A program made the position numbers and the translations under genes. From a bacterium (lineage in GTDB: Bacteria > Patescibacteriota > Minisyncoccia > 2-01-FULL-47-10 > JBBIMT01), in contig JBBIOV010000002.1 of NCBI GenBank assembly GCA_037443185.1, positions 32,242 to 96,241 on the forward strand: a stretch of 64,000 nucleotides of DNA, in the 5' to 3' direction. This document shows, piece by piece, positions 1 to 10,112 of the stretch (its first letter is position 1; each line of letters starts with the position of its first letter). Below the pieces are notes generated by a model. That model saw nothing but the letters and a program-made list of their open reading frames with translations, was not told the DNA's origin and made no database searches.

Positions 1-134
1 TTATCTGGCCCATCAGCTTTTTTAACTTTAGTAACAACACAAGGCCCAGCTTCAATGATAGTAGCTGGAATTGCTCTGCCATCTTCAGAAAAAAAAGAAG
101 TCATATTTAATTTTTTACCTAATATAAATTTCAT
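1..134 (-). CDS. rplC: 50S ribosomal protein L3, N-terminal part (runs off window edge)
   Basis: Manual translation [38 protein letters not shown] matches the L3 N-terminus; directly follows rpsJ. Confidence 0.93.
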   Translation of the reverse strand, partial: MKFILGKKLNMTSFFSEDGRAIPATIIEAGPCVVTKVKKADGPD

Positions 135-178
135 ATTAATAATTCTAAAATGTTAAAAGAGAATCGATATTTTTTGCA

Positions 179-223
179 AGATAATTTAAACCGGGTATTA
201 TTAGTACCCGGTTTAAATTATCT
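179..223. repeat. Perfect 19-bp inverted repeat between rpsJ and rplC
   Basis: AGATAATTTAAACCGGGTA (179-197) / TACCCGGTTTAAATTATCT (205-223), 7-nt spacer. Confidence 0.85.
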
Positions 224-250
224 CACCGGTGCTTGAAAAATCTACTTAAC

Positions 251-589
251 TTAAGACTCGACCGTATTACTTTGAACTTCAATATCTACGCCAGCTGGTA
301 AATTTAAATTCATCAACGCATCAATTAATTTAGGAGTTAAACGGAATATATCTATCAATCTTTTATGAGTGCGCATTTCGAATTGTTCGCGAGCGTTTTT
401 ATGAATAAAAGAAGAACGATTCACAGTAAAGCGCACGATTTTAGTGGGTAATGGAATAGGTCCAATCACTTCAGCTCCATAGCGATGCGCGGTATTGACA
501 ATTTTCAAAGCGGCTTGATCTATAACCTTGTGATCGTAAGCCTTAATCTTTATGCGAATTCGTGGTTGACTTTCTTTAATCTTTGTCAC
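251..589 (-). CDS. rpsJ: 30S ribosomal protein S10
   Basis: [41 protein letters not shown] motifs. Confidence 0.98.
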   Translation of the reverse strand: MTKIKESQPRIRIKIKAYDHKVIDQAALKIVNTAHRYGAEVIGPIPLPTKIVRFTVNRSSFIHKNAREQFEMRTHKRLIDIFRLTPKLIDALMNLNLPAGVDIEVQSNTVES

Positions 590-632
590 AGATTTAAATG
601 GAACAATATTTTCAATTTAACTTTTTATATAA

Positions 633-1823
633 TTATTTTATAATTTTTGACACGACACCAGCGCCTACAGTTTTCCCTCCTTCTCTAATGGCAAATCTTT
701 GTTTTTCTTCCATCGCCACTGGCGCAATGAGTTTAATTTTTAAATTCACAGTATCTCCAGGCATCACCATTTCCATTCCTTCTGGCAAAGAAACTTCACC
801 GGTTATATCAGCAGTTCGGAAATAAAATTGCGGTTTATAACCTTTAAAAAATGGAGTGTGCCTTCCTCCTTCTTCTTTAGACAAAACATAAACTTCAGCT
901 TCAAATTCAGTATGTGGTGTAACTGTCCCTGGCTTTGCTAAAACTTGACCTCTTTCAACATCTTCTTTTTTTGTGCCTCTCAATAAAATTCCCGCATTAT
1001 CTCCGGCTACTCCTTCATCTAAATCTTTGTTAAACATTTGGACACCTATCACCACGGTTTTTGTTGTTGGTCTAATGCCAACGATTTCAACTTCCTCATT
1101 GATTTTTATTTTTCCTCTTTCAATTCTCCCTGTAACAACCGTTCCCCGGCCTTCAATTGAAAAAATGTCTTCAATCGGCATTAAAAATGGCTTATCAATT
1201 TCCCAAACTGGTTCAGGGAAATAGTCATCACAAGCTTTAACGAGTTCTAAAATTCCTTGAACCCATTGATTATCAACAGATGTTGCTTCAAGCGCTTTTA
1301 AAGCTGATCCTTTAATCACTGGAGCGTTTTTTCCATCATATTCATATTTAGTTAAAAGTTCTCTAACTTCTTCTTCCACTAAATTAACCAGCTCCTTATC
1401 AGCAACATCCACTTTATTCAAAAAAACAACAATTGCCGGTACCCCCACCTGTCTGGCTAACAAAATATGTTCTTTTGTCTGCGGCATAACACCATCAGCT
1501 GCTGATACTACTAAAATCGCACCATCCATCTGAGCTGCACCAGTAATCATATTTTTTATATAATCGGCATGCCCTGGAGCATCAATGTGTGCGTAATGCC
1601 TTTTATCAGATTCATATTCAGAATGATGTAAAGCAATAGTAATTCCCCGAGCTTTTTCTTCTGGCGCATTATCAATATCTTCTACTCTTTCAAGCCTGAC
1701 TTTATTTCCCTTGAGATTTAAAGAATGTAAAATCGCTGCGGTTAATGTCGTTTTACCATGATCTACATGCCCAATGGTTCCAATATTCATATGAGGTTTT
1801 GTTCTAGTAAATTTTTCTGTCAT
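633..1823 (-). CDS. tuf: Elongation factor Tu
   Basis: [41 protein letters not shown]. Confidence 0.99.
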   Translation of the reverse strand: MTEKFTRTKPHMNIGTIGHVDHGKTTLTAAILHSLNLKGNKVRLERVEDIDNAPEEKARGITIALHHSEYESDKRHYAHIDAPGHADYIKNMITGAAQMDGAILVVSAADGVMPQTKEHILLARQVGVPAIVVFLNKVDVADKELVNLVEEEVRELLTKYEYDGKNAPVIKGSALKALEATSVDNQWVQGILELVKACDDYFPEPVWEIDKPFLMPIEDIFSIEGRGTVVTGRIERGKIKINEEVEIVGIRPTTKTVVIGVQMFNKDLDEGVAGDNAGILLRGTKKEDVERGQVLAKPGTVTPHTEFEAEVYVLSKEEGGRHTPFFKGYKPQFYFRTADITGEVSLPEGMEMVMPGDTVNLKIKLIAPVAMEEKQRFAIREGGKTVGAGVVSKIIK

Positions 1824-1941
1824 ATTTTATTTCACCATCACCTACGATTAATTCGTAAATAATGGATATTTTAAATTTTAAAATTTAATTAAATAATTTT
1901 AATTATAATCAATATATTTATCAAGTCAAGAATTGCAAATT

Positions 1942-2778
1942 TTAAAAATTTGGCAATGAAAGTGCCAAATAATTTTCTTCAATTGAAAGAATTTTAAGGC
2001 ATTTTTCAGGGAAAGTCAAATATAGACTTAATTCATTAATATTTTTTACTAAACTTAAATAAAGACTTTGTGAATTATTTAAAAATGATTTTAGTAAGTC
2101 TGCTTTTGGCTTTAAAAAAATGGGCGAAGGAATGATTTCATAATTTTTATTTTTTTGTAATTTTAACTGTTGGTTTTCTTTTAATAAATAATAAGCAGCG
2201 CCGTTTTTTTCAAAATATTTTGAATAATCAGATTTAAAATTTCTCTCTTGAATATTTGCCAATACCAAAAAATCATCACTAATGTTAATGGTGGTATGAC
2301 CATAAAGACAATTTTCTTTAGAGGGAATAATAACTTTATCACCTTCTTGAGCTTCAATATAATAAACTTTATTTAACTTATTAGTTTTAAAATCTAATTC
2401 TTGAAGAATCATTCTCATTTGGCCATAAATAACTTCATACACCTCCGGAAAACTAACAGAAGTGCCAGGTTTAAACGGATGATAATGGCCAATAGTTTTA
2501 TAAAACTCATTACCCACTAATCCTGGAAAAATAACAGTTAAATCATATCTCAAATTTTTTTCATTCAAAAGTGCATCATCTTCTTGATCTCTTACATCAC
2601 GATACATCAAATATAAAATCTCGCTCTTTAAAAAAGCGTTACTATTTTCAAAAAAAGATTTAACAGCACTAAAAAGTCGCGGCTCAGGGCTATTAAATAA
2701 AACTTTTTTATCGAATTCTAAATAACCGTTCTCTTTTAAAAAAACTTTGATTCCAGATTTTTGAGATAAATTAATCAC
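1942..2778 (-). CDS. pgi: Cupin-type (archaeal-like) glucose-6-phosphate isomerase family protein
   Basis: LRYDLTVI, KTIGHYH, PEVYEVIYG, GHTTIN: cupin H-H-E-H metal ligands present. Confidence 0.8.
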   Translation of the reverse strand: MINLSQKSGIKVFLKENGYLEFDKKVLFNSPEPRLFSAVKSFFENSNAFLKSEILYLMYRDVRDQEDDALLNEKNLRYDLTVIFPGLVGNEFYKTIGHYHPFKPGTSVSFPEVYEVIYGQMRMILQELDFKTNKLNKVYYIEAQEGDKVIIPSKENCLYGHTTINISDDFLVLANIQERNFKSDYSKYFEKNGAAYYLLKENQQLKLQKNKNYEIIPSPIFLKPKADLLKSFLNNSQSLYLSLVKNINELSLYLTFPEKCLKILSIEENYLALSLPNF

Positions 2779-3128
2779 TTTAATATCAAAATTACGCGCT
2801 TAATCTATCAATTTTTCAAAAAGAAAATATTTTTAAAAAAATTCGCTTTAAATACAATAAAACCATTTTTTGTATCTTCATAAAGGACACTTAAAAGCAA
2901 AAAAGCTACAAAAAAATTAAAAAGTTACAAAATATTTGTTAATTGTTCTTTTAAGAACATCGTTTTTTATATTTTCTGTTGTTAAAGTTAATCTTTTTTC
3001 AATTTTTAAAAAATTTGAAAAATTGACAAATAGTTAGTGCTTTTTTGTAAAATAAATGTATAAAAATTAAAAAAGTATATTTTTATCAAAACGAACGGGC
3101 TAATTTTTAATTGAACAAAAAAGACAAC

Positions 3129-5231
3129 TTACTTCTTATCATCAAGTCCTAAAATTTGTTTTGTGATATTTTCAGGCACTTGCTCATAATGATCAAATTC
3201 CATTACTGAAGATCCACGTCCTTGCGTTAAAGATCTTAATTGAGTAGTATAGCCAAACATTTGAGCCAATGGAACATAGGCTTTCACTACTTTTACCATC
3301 ATTCTATCAGACATTTCAGTAATTTTAGCACGGCGAGAATTTAAATCAGCTACTACATCTCCCAAATACTGTTCAGGGGTTACCACCTCAAGTCGCATAA
3401 TCGGTTCCAACAAGACTACCTTTGCTTTTTTACAAGCTTCTTGAAAAGCGATAGAACCTGCTATTTTAAAAGCTAATTCAGAAGAATCGACTTCATGATA
3501 AGATCCATCAAATAAAGTTGCTTTAATATTAATCATTGGATAACCTGCCAACACTCCCTTAGCCATTGCTTCTTCCACACCTTTTCTTACCGCTGGAATA
3601 AATTCGTTAGGAATAGCGCCGCCACGAATCTGATTATCAAATTCGAATAATTTATCTTTTAATGGACTAACACGCAAAAAAACATCTCCATATTGACCAC
3701 GCCCCCCTGATTGTCTGATAAAAGTACCCTCTGCTTCAGCTTCTCCTATAATAGTTTCCTTATAAGCTACTCGTGGTTGACCAACTTTAGCACTGACTTT
3801 AAACTCTCTAAAAAGTCTATCCACTAAAATTTCAAGATGAAGTTCTCCCATACCAGAAATTATTGTATCGCCAGTTTCTTCATCGAAGCTAACTTTAAAT
3901 GTCGGATCTTCTTCAGCTAATTTTTTAAGAGATAAACTTAATTTTTCCTGATCGGCTTTCGTTTTGGGCTCAATTTTTAAAGAAACTACTGGTTCAGGAA
4001 AAGTTGGTTTTTCAAGCATAATTAAAGCTTTTGGGTCACATAATGTATCACCAGTCGTAGCACTTTTCATTCCTACAAAAGCGCCAATATCGCCAGAATA
4101 AATGATATTAATCTCTTCTCTTTTATTGGCATGCATTTTTACCATCCTTCCAATTCTTTCTTGTGTACCAGCTGTAGTATTGTAAACGAAATCTCCTGTT
4201 CTTAAAACTCCTGAATAGACTCTGAAATAAGTCAACTGTCCGACAAAAGGATCGGTTTGAATTTTAAAAACCAAAGCACAGAACTTTTCCTCATCGTTGA
4301 GTTGTCTTATCTCTTCTTTGCCAGTATCAGGATTGATACATTTTATAATTTTTAAATCAGCCGGTGAGGGTAAATACTCAACAACAGCATCAAGAATTGG
4401 CTGCACCCCAATATTTCTATAACTTGCCCCGCAAAGCACTGGTACCAATTTCCCAGCTATCGTTGCCTTTCTTAGAGCTTTTTTTAATTCTTCAATAGTA
4501 ATTTCTTGGCCTTCAACAAATTTTTCCGTTAAACTATCGTCGGTCTCGGCAATTTTTTCTACAAGTTTAGATTTTTCTTTTATAGCGCGTTCCATTAAAT
4601 CAGTCGGTATTTCTTTTTGAATGATTTTCTCTCCTTTCTCTCCCTCAAAATACAAAGCCTTCATTGTAAATAAATCAATCACTCCTTTAAAATCATCTTC
4701 AGCGCCAATTGGCAGTTGCAAAGCTATGGCATTAGGAGTCAATCTTTCATGAATAGAATTTAAAGCAAAATCAAAATTAGCGCCCAGTCTATCCATTTTA
4801 TTAATATAACAAATACGCGGCACTTTATATTTATCAGCCTGATGCCAAACAGTTTCCGATTGCGCTTCAACTCCAGCCACAGCCTCAAAAATCATCACCG
4901 CTCCATCAAGAATTCTTAGAGACCGTTCAACTTCAACAGTAAAATCAACATGCCCGGGTGTATCTATGATATTAATTCTATGTTTATATTCATCAGTTCT
5001 AGGCACCCCACTGACATACCAAAAAGTATTGGTGGCAGCGGCAGTAATGGTAATCCCTCTTTCTCGCTCTTGTTCCATCCAGTCCATTACCGTAGTTCCT
5101 TCATCGATTTCACCAATTTTGTGGGAAATACCAGTGTAAAATAAAATACGCTCGGTAGTTGTTGTTTTACCGGCGTCAATATGGGCAATAATGCCAATGT
5201 TGCGTGTTCGTTCAATTGGAATCTCGCGCAT
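3129..5231 (-). CDS. fusA: Elongation factor G
   Basis: [35 protein letters not shown]; follows rpsG. Confidence 0.99.
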   Translation of the reverse strand: MREIPIERTRNIGIIAHIDAGKTTTTERILFYTGISHKIGEIDEGTTVMDWMEQERERGITITAAATNTFWYVSGVPRTDEYKHRINIIDTPGHVDFTVEVERSLRILDGAVMIFEAVAGVEAQSETVWHQADKYKVPRICYINKMDRLGANFDFALNSIHERLTPNAIALQLPIGAEDDFKGVIDLFTMKALYFEGEKGEKIIQKEIPTDLMERAIKEKSKLVEKIAETDDSLTEKFVEGQEITIEELKKALRKATIAGKLVPVLCGASYRNIGVQPILDAVVEYLPSPADLKIIKCINPDTGKEEIRQLNDEEKFCALVFKIQTDPFVGQLTYFRVYSGVLRTGDFVYNTTAGTQERIGRMVKMHANKREEINIIYSGDIGAFVGMKSATTGDTLCDPKALIMLEKPTFPEPVVSLKIEPKTKADQEKLSLSLKKLAEEDPTFKVSFDEETGDTIISGMGELHLEILVDRLFREFKVSAKVGQPRVAYKETIIGEAEAEGTFIRQSGGRGQYGDVFLRVSPLKDKLFEFDNQIRGGAIPNEFIPAVRKGVEEAMAKGVLAGYPMINIKATLFDGSYHEVDSSELAFKIAGSIAFQEACKKAKVVLLEPIMRLEVVTPEQYLGDVVADLNSRRAKITEMSDRMMVKVVKAYVPLAQMFGYTTQLRSLTQGRGSSVMEFDHYEQVPENITKQILGLDDKK

Positions 5232-5317
5232 TTTCAGTGAAATCGAAAAATTGTCAAATTGTTAGATTATTATCTATAAATCTTAAAAATCTGAATTTTA
5301 GATCTAAAATTTTATAA

Positions 5318-5791
5318 TCACCAAGCCAAATAAGCAAACGCTTTATTGGCTTCAGCTTGGCTATGCATTTGTTGTTTTTTCTTAATAGCATTGCCTTGGT
5401 TTTGACTGGCATCAATGATTTCAGCACATAACTTTTCAGCCATTGATTTTCCTCTTCTTTGCCTTGCTCCCTCAATAATCCATTTCATTGCTAAAAATTT
5501 TTTTCTTTCATTTTTCACAGGAACCGGAACTTGATAATTGGCTCCACCGATACGACGAGTTTTGACTTCTAAAGTAGGGGCAACATTTTTTAAAGCCTGA
5601 GCGAATAATTGCATTGGTTGTTTTTGCGTTTGTTTTTCAGCATACTCTAAAGCTTGATAAACTATTTGACGGGCAATAGATTTTTTACCATGTTTCATAA
5701 CATGGTTAATAAACTTTTCAAGTACAATGTTATTATACTTCGGATCTGGTTTTTGAGCTGGTCTTTTATTTTTATATTTTCCTCTGGGCAC
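5318..5791 (-). CDS. rpsG: 30S ribosomal protein S7
   Basis: GKKSIARQIVY, RRIGGANYQVP, AEANKAFA. Confidence 0.98.
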   Translation of the reverse strand: MPRGKYKNKRPAQKPDPKYNNIVLEKFINHVMKHGKKSIARQIVYQALEYAEKQTQKQPMQLFAQALKNVAPTLEVKTRRIGGANYQVPVPVKNERKKFLAMKWIIEGARQRRGKSMAEKLCAEIIDASQNQGNAIKKKQQMHSQAEANKAFAYLAW

Positions 5792-5818
5792 GATTGAAAA
5801 ATTTTAAAAATAATTTAA

Positions 5819-6241
5819 TTAATTATCTACTTCTTTAGGTTTTTTAACGCCATATTTTGACCGAGAAACTTTCCTATTTTCTACTCCAGCTGCATCTAAA
5901 ACTCCTCGCACAATATGATATTTCACACCAGGCAAATCTTTAACTCGACCACCTCTTACTAAAACTACAGAGTGTTCTTGTAAATTGTGACCTTCGCCAG
6001 GAATATAAGCTGTAACTTCCATTCTATTGGAAAGTCTAACTTTAGCAATTTTTCTTAAAGCAGAATTTGGTTTTTTAGGCGTCATTGTGCCAACTTTGAT
6101 ACAAACTCCTCTTTTAAAAGGAGAAGGGTAAAAAATAGGGCGATTTTCAAGGGTATTAAAAAAAACCTGCAATGCAGGAGATTTAGCTTTTGATTTTTTT
6201 GCTTTTCTGCCTTTTCTTAAAACTTGATTAATAGTAGGCAT
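5819..6241 (-). CDS. rpsL: 30S ribosomal protein S12
   Basis: [37 protein letters not shown]. Confidence 0.99.
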   Translation of the reverse strand: MPTINQVLRKGRKAKKSKAKSPALQVFFNTLENRPIFYPSPFKRGVCIKVGTMTPKKPNSALRKIAKVRLSNRMEVTAYIPGEGHNLQEHSVVLVRGGRVKDLPGVKYHIVRGVLDAAGVENRKVSRSKYGVKKPKEVDN

Positions 6242-6459
6242 AATATAAATTGAATTTCAGTATTTTAATCTAAAATTTGTTATCGATATTAAAAATTTAT
6301 TTTAAATGTTATGTTAGTTAAATTGTTAAAATGTAAATTAATGGTTATTATTAGATTAAATATTTATTCATTTGAAATGATTTCTGATTTTAATCTAAAA
6401 AAAATCAAGTGTCAATATATTTTTAAAATGCGGCGATTAATTTTAAATAGTTCAAAATT

Positions 6460-7071
6460 TTAAATCCCAGTAAATAATTTAATTAAAAAAATAATCAAAG
6501 GTTCTAAATAACGGAAAAGCATAAAAGCAAAGAAAAACAAAAAAATAAATGAAATTTGACTTAGCCGATATTCCAGTTCTTCATAATTTTTAAAAAAAAT
6601 AGGGAAAAAAATTTTCGAACCATCAAGGGGAAATATTGGCATAAGATTGAAAATTCCTAAAACAATATTAATGGAAACAATGTAATAAAAAGCAAAATGA
6701 ATAAAACCTTCAGGTTGAAACAATCGAATTAAAAAACCGAAAACTGAAGCATTAAGAAAATTAATGAAAGGTCCAGCAGACGCCACTAAAATAGTACCTA
6801 ATTTTTTATTTTTAAAATGATAAGGATTAAAAGGCACAGGACGTGCCCAGCCAAAAAAGAATTGCCCCGCACTTAAAAGTCCTATTAAAAAAGGAAAAAA
6901 AACTGATCCGATTGGGTCAAGATGAGAAATTGGATTAAGAGTAAGTCGACCAGCTCTTTTGGCGGTGTCATCTCCTAAAGCTAAAGCCATTGCGCCATGA
7001 GCGACCTCATGAATAACTACTGAAAAAAATAAAACTATTATCTGAAATAAAATTAAAGTTGGATCTTGCAT
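6460..7071 (-). CDS. Site-2 protease family (peptidase M50) membrane metalloprotease
   Basis: HEVAH zinc motif, GRLTLNP, AGP, FNLMPIFPLDG. Confidence 0.93.
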   Translation of the reverse strand: MQDPTLILFQIIVLFFSVVIHEVAHGAMALALGDDTAKRAGRLTLNPISHLDPIGSVFFPFLIGLLSAGQFFFGWARPVPFNPYHFKNKKLGTILVASAGPFINFLNASVFGFLIRLFQPEGFIHFAFYYIVSINIVLGIFNLMPIFPLDGSKIFFPIFFKNYEELEYRLSQISFIFLFFFAFMLFRYLEPLIIFLIKLFTGI

Positions 7072-7260
7072 AAATTTATTATTTCGTATATATTTATTAC
7101 AATATCAAAGATATTATAATTATTGTTGTTATTATATCAACAAATTGTTATATTATTCAATAAGTAATTAATAGCTGCTGCCCGCTTAGATTTATAATTT
7201 TAAAATTGCCATTTAAAAAACTTCTTTATTTTAACATCTAAAAATTTATTTACTATCACT

Positions 7261-7455
7261 ATGCCTCGCCAATGTAAATTGTGTAATAAAAGCCCGAAAG
7301 TTTTTATAAAAAGAAAACTACTCCGTGGTCATTATAATCCCACTAAAAAAAGTTTCAAATACCCTAATTTACAATGGGCAGTTTTGCCGTCTGGCAAAAG
7401 ACAAAAAATTTGCACAAATTGTATAAAAACAATTTATAAAAGAAACCTCAAATAG
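7261..7455 (+). CDS. rpmB: 50S ribosomal protein L28
   Basis: CxxC...PNLQ...CTNCIK pattern; basic 64-aa protein. Confidence 0.88.
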   Translation: MPRQCKLCNKSPKVFIKRKLLRGHYNPTKKSFKYPNLQWAVLPSGKRQKICTNCIKTIYKRNLK

Positions 7456-7496
7456 AAACTTTGTATTTTAACAATCTATTTTCTTTAAAAATTATA

Positions 7497-7527
7497 AAAA
7501 ACCGCTGCGCGCAGCACAGCGGTTTTT
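7497..7527. terminator. Bidirectional intrinsic terminator between rpmB and the CarS-like gene
   Basis: AAAAACCGCTG...CAGCGGTTTTT stem with A/T tracts between convergent genes. Confidence 0.8.
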
Positions 7528-8279
7528 CAGCGGCTTTCTTTTATTTTAAGCATCACCGCCAACAATCCAAAAATTGAGGCTCCCACAGGCAAAATTGTTA
7601 AGGCGGTTAATGTTAAAACAAGAGGACTCCTCCAAAAATGATAAGAAAGCATTGATATCAACAAAGCTGAAAAAGACCAGCCATACAAATCAATTGGCAC
7701 AAACTCGCCCGGTAAAATTCCATTTTTTCGTTTAATTCTTGAACCGATGGCATCACCACTTAAAGCTGCTGTTGCCAAAGCAAAAGCCAAGACAAAATCA
7801 TTAAAGAAAAAAAATTCTGTTTCCAGTACTGTATTTAAAACCGCATTTATAACATTTACAATAGGGAACGCTAAAATTGTGCCCGAACTAATCCCGAAAA
7901 TAAAACCGCCCCAAGTTTTATGCGATCCTAATTTTTTTAAATGCATTGATTCATTATACAAAACTTTCAGTAGCCTCAAAATCCAAAAATTTGATTTTTG
8001 ACAAATTTTTTTTCCAATCGGCGGAGCAGCATTGGCAATGATCGCCGGTGCAAAAAATTCTACTGCTAAAAATATCTGAGTAAAATCAAAAAAGGTAAAA
8101 GTTATTACTGAACCTATCCAAAGTAAAATTTCTGTATACTTGTTAAATAGCAGTTGGTTAAAACGGTTCTTAAAAAGCGGAGTTTCAACATAATAAAATA
8201 TCCGCTCCGCACAAAAATCAATAAAATTCGTATAGATATGTCCTGTTAGCCTCATCGCTTGGTAAAGAACATCAAACAT
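7527..8279 (-). CDS. CDP-archaeol synthase (CarS/DUF46)-like membrane protein, divergent
   Basis: APAIIANAAP, GSHKTWGG, GDAIGSRIKRKNG motifs. Start moved to ATG 8279, which follows a strong SD (AAAGGAGGG); the ORF track starts at 8345. Confidence 0.7.
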   Translation of the reverse strand: MFDVLYQAMRLTGHIYTNFIDFCAERIFYYVETPLFKNRFNQLLFNKYTEILLWIGSVITFTFFDFTQIFLAVEFFAPAIIANAAPPIGKKICQKSNFWILRLLKVLYNESMHLKKLGSHKTWGGFIFGISSGTILAFPIVNVINAVLNTVLETEFFFFNDFVLAFALATAALSGDAIGSRIKRKNGILPGEFVPIDLYGWSFSALLISMLSYHFWRSPLVLTLTALTILPVGASIFGLLAVMLKIKESR

Positions 8280-8415
8280 ATTTTCCCTCCTTTGCAATCG
8301 GATAGTTTTAGTATTTTTTATATCATATAATAAATTAAAAAGCAATTTTTATTTTATTTAAAGTAAATTTTATAAGTCATCTTATAGCCAAATACCAAAC
8401 TTTATAGCATATCAA

Positions 8416-8489
8416 CGGGCTGTAGGATAGTGGTAGTCCGCACCCTTGGGGTGGGTGTAGCCCGAGTTCGATTCTCGGCAGCCCGACCA
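8416..8489 (+). tRNA. tRNA-Pro(GGG)
   Basis: Acceptor CGGGCTG/CAGCCCG, anticodon arm CACCC-TTGGGGT-GGGTG, GTTCGATTC T-loop, encoded CCA. Confidence 0.95.
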
Positions 8490-8525
8490 GTAATTAATGA
8501 GATTTGAGCTGTATAAAAATAAAAA

Positions 8526-8670
8526 AGCCTCGGGAACGAAAGAGAAATTCGGTTTAGATCTCTTTTATAGGTGGGTGTCCGCAATGGCTGGCCACGACCA
8601 GACATAATATAGGACTCCCAACTTGAATTTTTAATCCATAACCGAAAAATATCTTTCAGAACCCAAAGCT
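8526..8670 (-). ncRNA. ssrS: 6S RNA candidate (compact, ~145 nt)
   Basis: Rod-like hairpin with central A-rich bubble; UGGGAGUCC/GGACACCCACCU motifs resemble Firmicutes 6S; upstream TTGTTT..TATAAT promoter; 3' U-tract. Confidence 0.72.
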
Positions 8671-8704
8671 CTTTTTTAATTATAACCATTTTTTCAAAAT
8701 AAAC

Positions 8705-8750
8705 AAGGGCTTGCAAAGCTGCTGATTATCAGCTTTTTTGCAAGCCCTTT
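8705..8750. terminator. Intrinsic terminator of the three-gene island
   Basis: AAGGGCTTGCAAA...TTTGCAAGCCCTT inverted repeat right after the stop at 8755. Confidence 0.8.
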
Positions 8751-8754
8751 TACG

Positions 8755-8985
8755 CTAACTTCCTACTTTCCTACTTTTTTTTGTTTTCGCAACAGCCTCC
8801 AGATATCTTTTACCAAGATGACACAAAGTCTGCTTTTCGAAATCCGGCGCTCGAGCTAACAATGTTCCGAAAAGTTGATCCTCAGGAAAGTAACAAGCTA
8901 TTTTATCAGAACCAGAGAGGTACTTTTTAATTTCTCCGATTCTGATATTTTCAAGCTTTAATTGTTCTTCCCTGTTTAAAAACAT
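8755..8985 (-). CDS. Hypothetical protein (76 aa)
   Basis: Strong SD GAAAGGAGG 4 nt before ATG; overlaps the upstream ORF; followed by a terminator. Confidence 0.7.
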   Translation of the reverse strand: MFLNREEQLKLENIRIGEIKKYLSGSDKIACYFPEDQLFGTLLARAPDFEKQTLCHLGKRYLEAVAKTKKSRKVGS

Positions 8986-9311
8986 AAGTCCTCCTTTCTC
9001 ATTGCTTCCACTAATTGTTTAACTTGCCTTTGCCGATCTTTACAAATCAAAAAACTAATTTCTGCTAAAGTTACTCGACCGCTATATACACTCTGACGAA
9101 GCTTAGCTAAATATTGAGCCAAGCCATCCAATTCGTCCAAAGAATAAGAAAAAACATTCGCACTTTTTATGGCCTGCTCAAGGGTAATTGATTTAAAAGC
9201 ACTCCTTGATTCTTCAGGTACCCAGTCCGCTACAACAAGCTTGTCTTTTTCAAAATCTCCTAAATATGAGCATAATTCTTCCTTAGTAACACCTTTAAAC
9301 CTAAAAGGCAT
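8976..9311 (-). CDS. Hypothetical protein (~111 aa, MPFRFKG...)
   Basis: Start moved to ATG 9311, preceded by AAAGGAGGT; the ORF track starts at 9359. Confidence 0.72.
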   Translation of the reverse strand: MPFRFKGVTKEELCSYLGDFEKDKLVVADWVPEESRSAFKSITLEQAIKSANVFSYSLDELDGLAQYLAKLRQSVYSGRVTLAEISFLICKDRQRQVKQLVEAMRKEDLCF

Positions 9312-9327
9312 AAAACCTCCTTTAATC

Positions 9328-9630
9328 TTAGGGAATGAAGAGATTTTGAACCTCTTCATTATTTCTTGACCAAAGTTCAGGCAAAGAAGATATATCTGAA
9401 CTATTCCCTATACTTATAAAATATAGGGAATATTCAATAGCCTGCTTTATGTCAGGTCCAATAAAAAACTTTGTCCTGACACGTGATATATCCTCATTGC
9501 CACCACAACATCTATTTAAATAACAAACCGCATAGGCTATTGAAAGCAGCCCTTCCACCGTAACGTCGAGTCTTCTTGCCAACGCCCCTATAAATTCCTT
9601 AACTGTCATCTTATTATCGTTCATCGTCAT
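9328..9630 (-). CDS. Hypothetical protein (100 aa)
   Basis: SD CAGGAGGGAG adjacent to ATG-ACG-ATG (second ATG at 9624 is plausible); first gene of the island operon. Confidence 0.7.
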   Translation of the reverse strand: MTMNDNKMTVKEFIGALARRLDVTVEGLLSIAYAVCYLNRCCGGNEDISRVRTKFFIGPDIKQAIEYSLYFISIGNSSDISSLPELWSRNNEEVQNLFIP

Positions 9631-9898
9631 CTCCCTCCTGTGTAGATTTATAATCTGTGGCCTTATCTATACGCCAATTTTATTAAAGAACACCACCTCC
9701 TTTGGATAAAAAAATTCCCTCTTTTTTTAAGAGGGTTTGTGCAAATTCGCAATAAATTATCAATTTATTTTCACTACGAAATCACACAAACCCTCTTTTT
9801 AATGAGGGAATTCATAATAAATTTAATCCAAATTTGCAATCTCCTTTTTCGATTCATAAAATTATTTTTAATTATAATCGCCTTTCTTTTTATGTCAA
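9631..9898 (-). promoter_or_regulatory. Sigma70 promoter plus structured leader (uORF, nested inverted repeats, SD/boxA motif)
   Basis: TTGACA(9898-9893)-16-TATAAT(9876-9871); uORF 9857-9774; inverted repeats 9713-9721/9804-9812 and 9729-9741/9785-9797. Confidence 0.65.
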
Positions 9899-10112
9899 GA
9901 TTAAGTTTAATCTTATTTATCGTTTTATACTTACTAAACTAAAGAATATAAAAAATTAAATTACTAAAGACTACAATATTTTTTTTGTTATAAAAAATAT
10001 ATTTTACAGCAAAAACCTTGTTTCATTATTGTCTTACTAAAGCATCTTAAAAAAAAAGCTTTGACATAAATTAGCGTCAATAATTTTATTAAATACAGCT
10101 ACGATGAGAAAA

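Noticed and set aside
8402-8716. 104-aa minus-strand ORF
   Set aside because: Overlaps tRNA-Pro (antisense) and the 6S RNA candidate; no protein features.
8416-10110. Prophage or integrative element at tRNA-Pro
   Set aside because: No integrase or phage structural genes, and no duplicated tRNA 3' end found.
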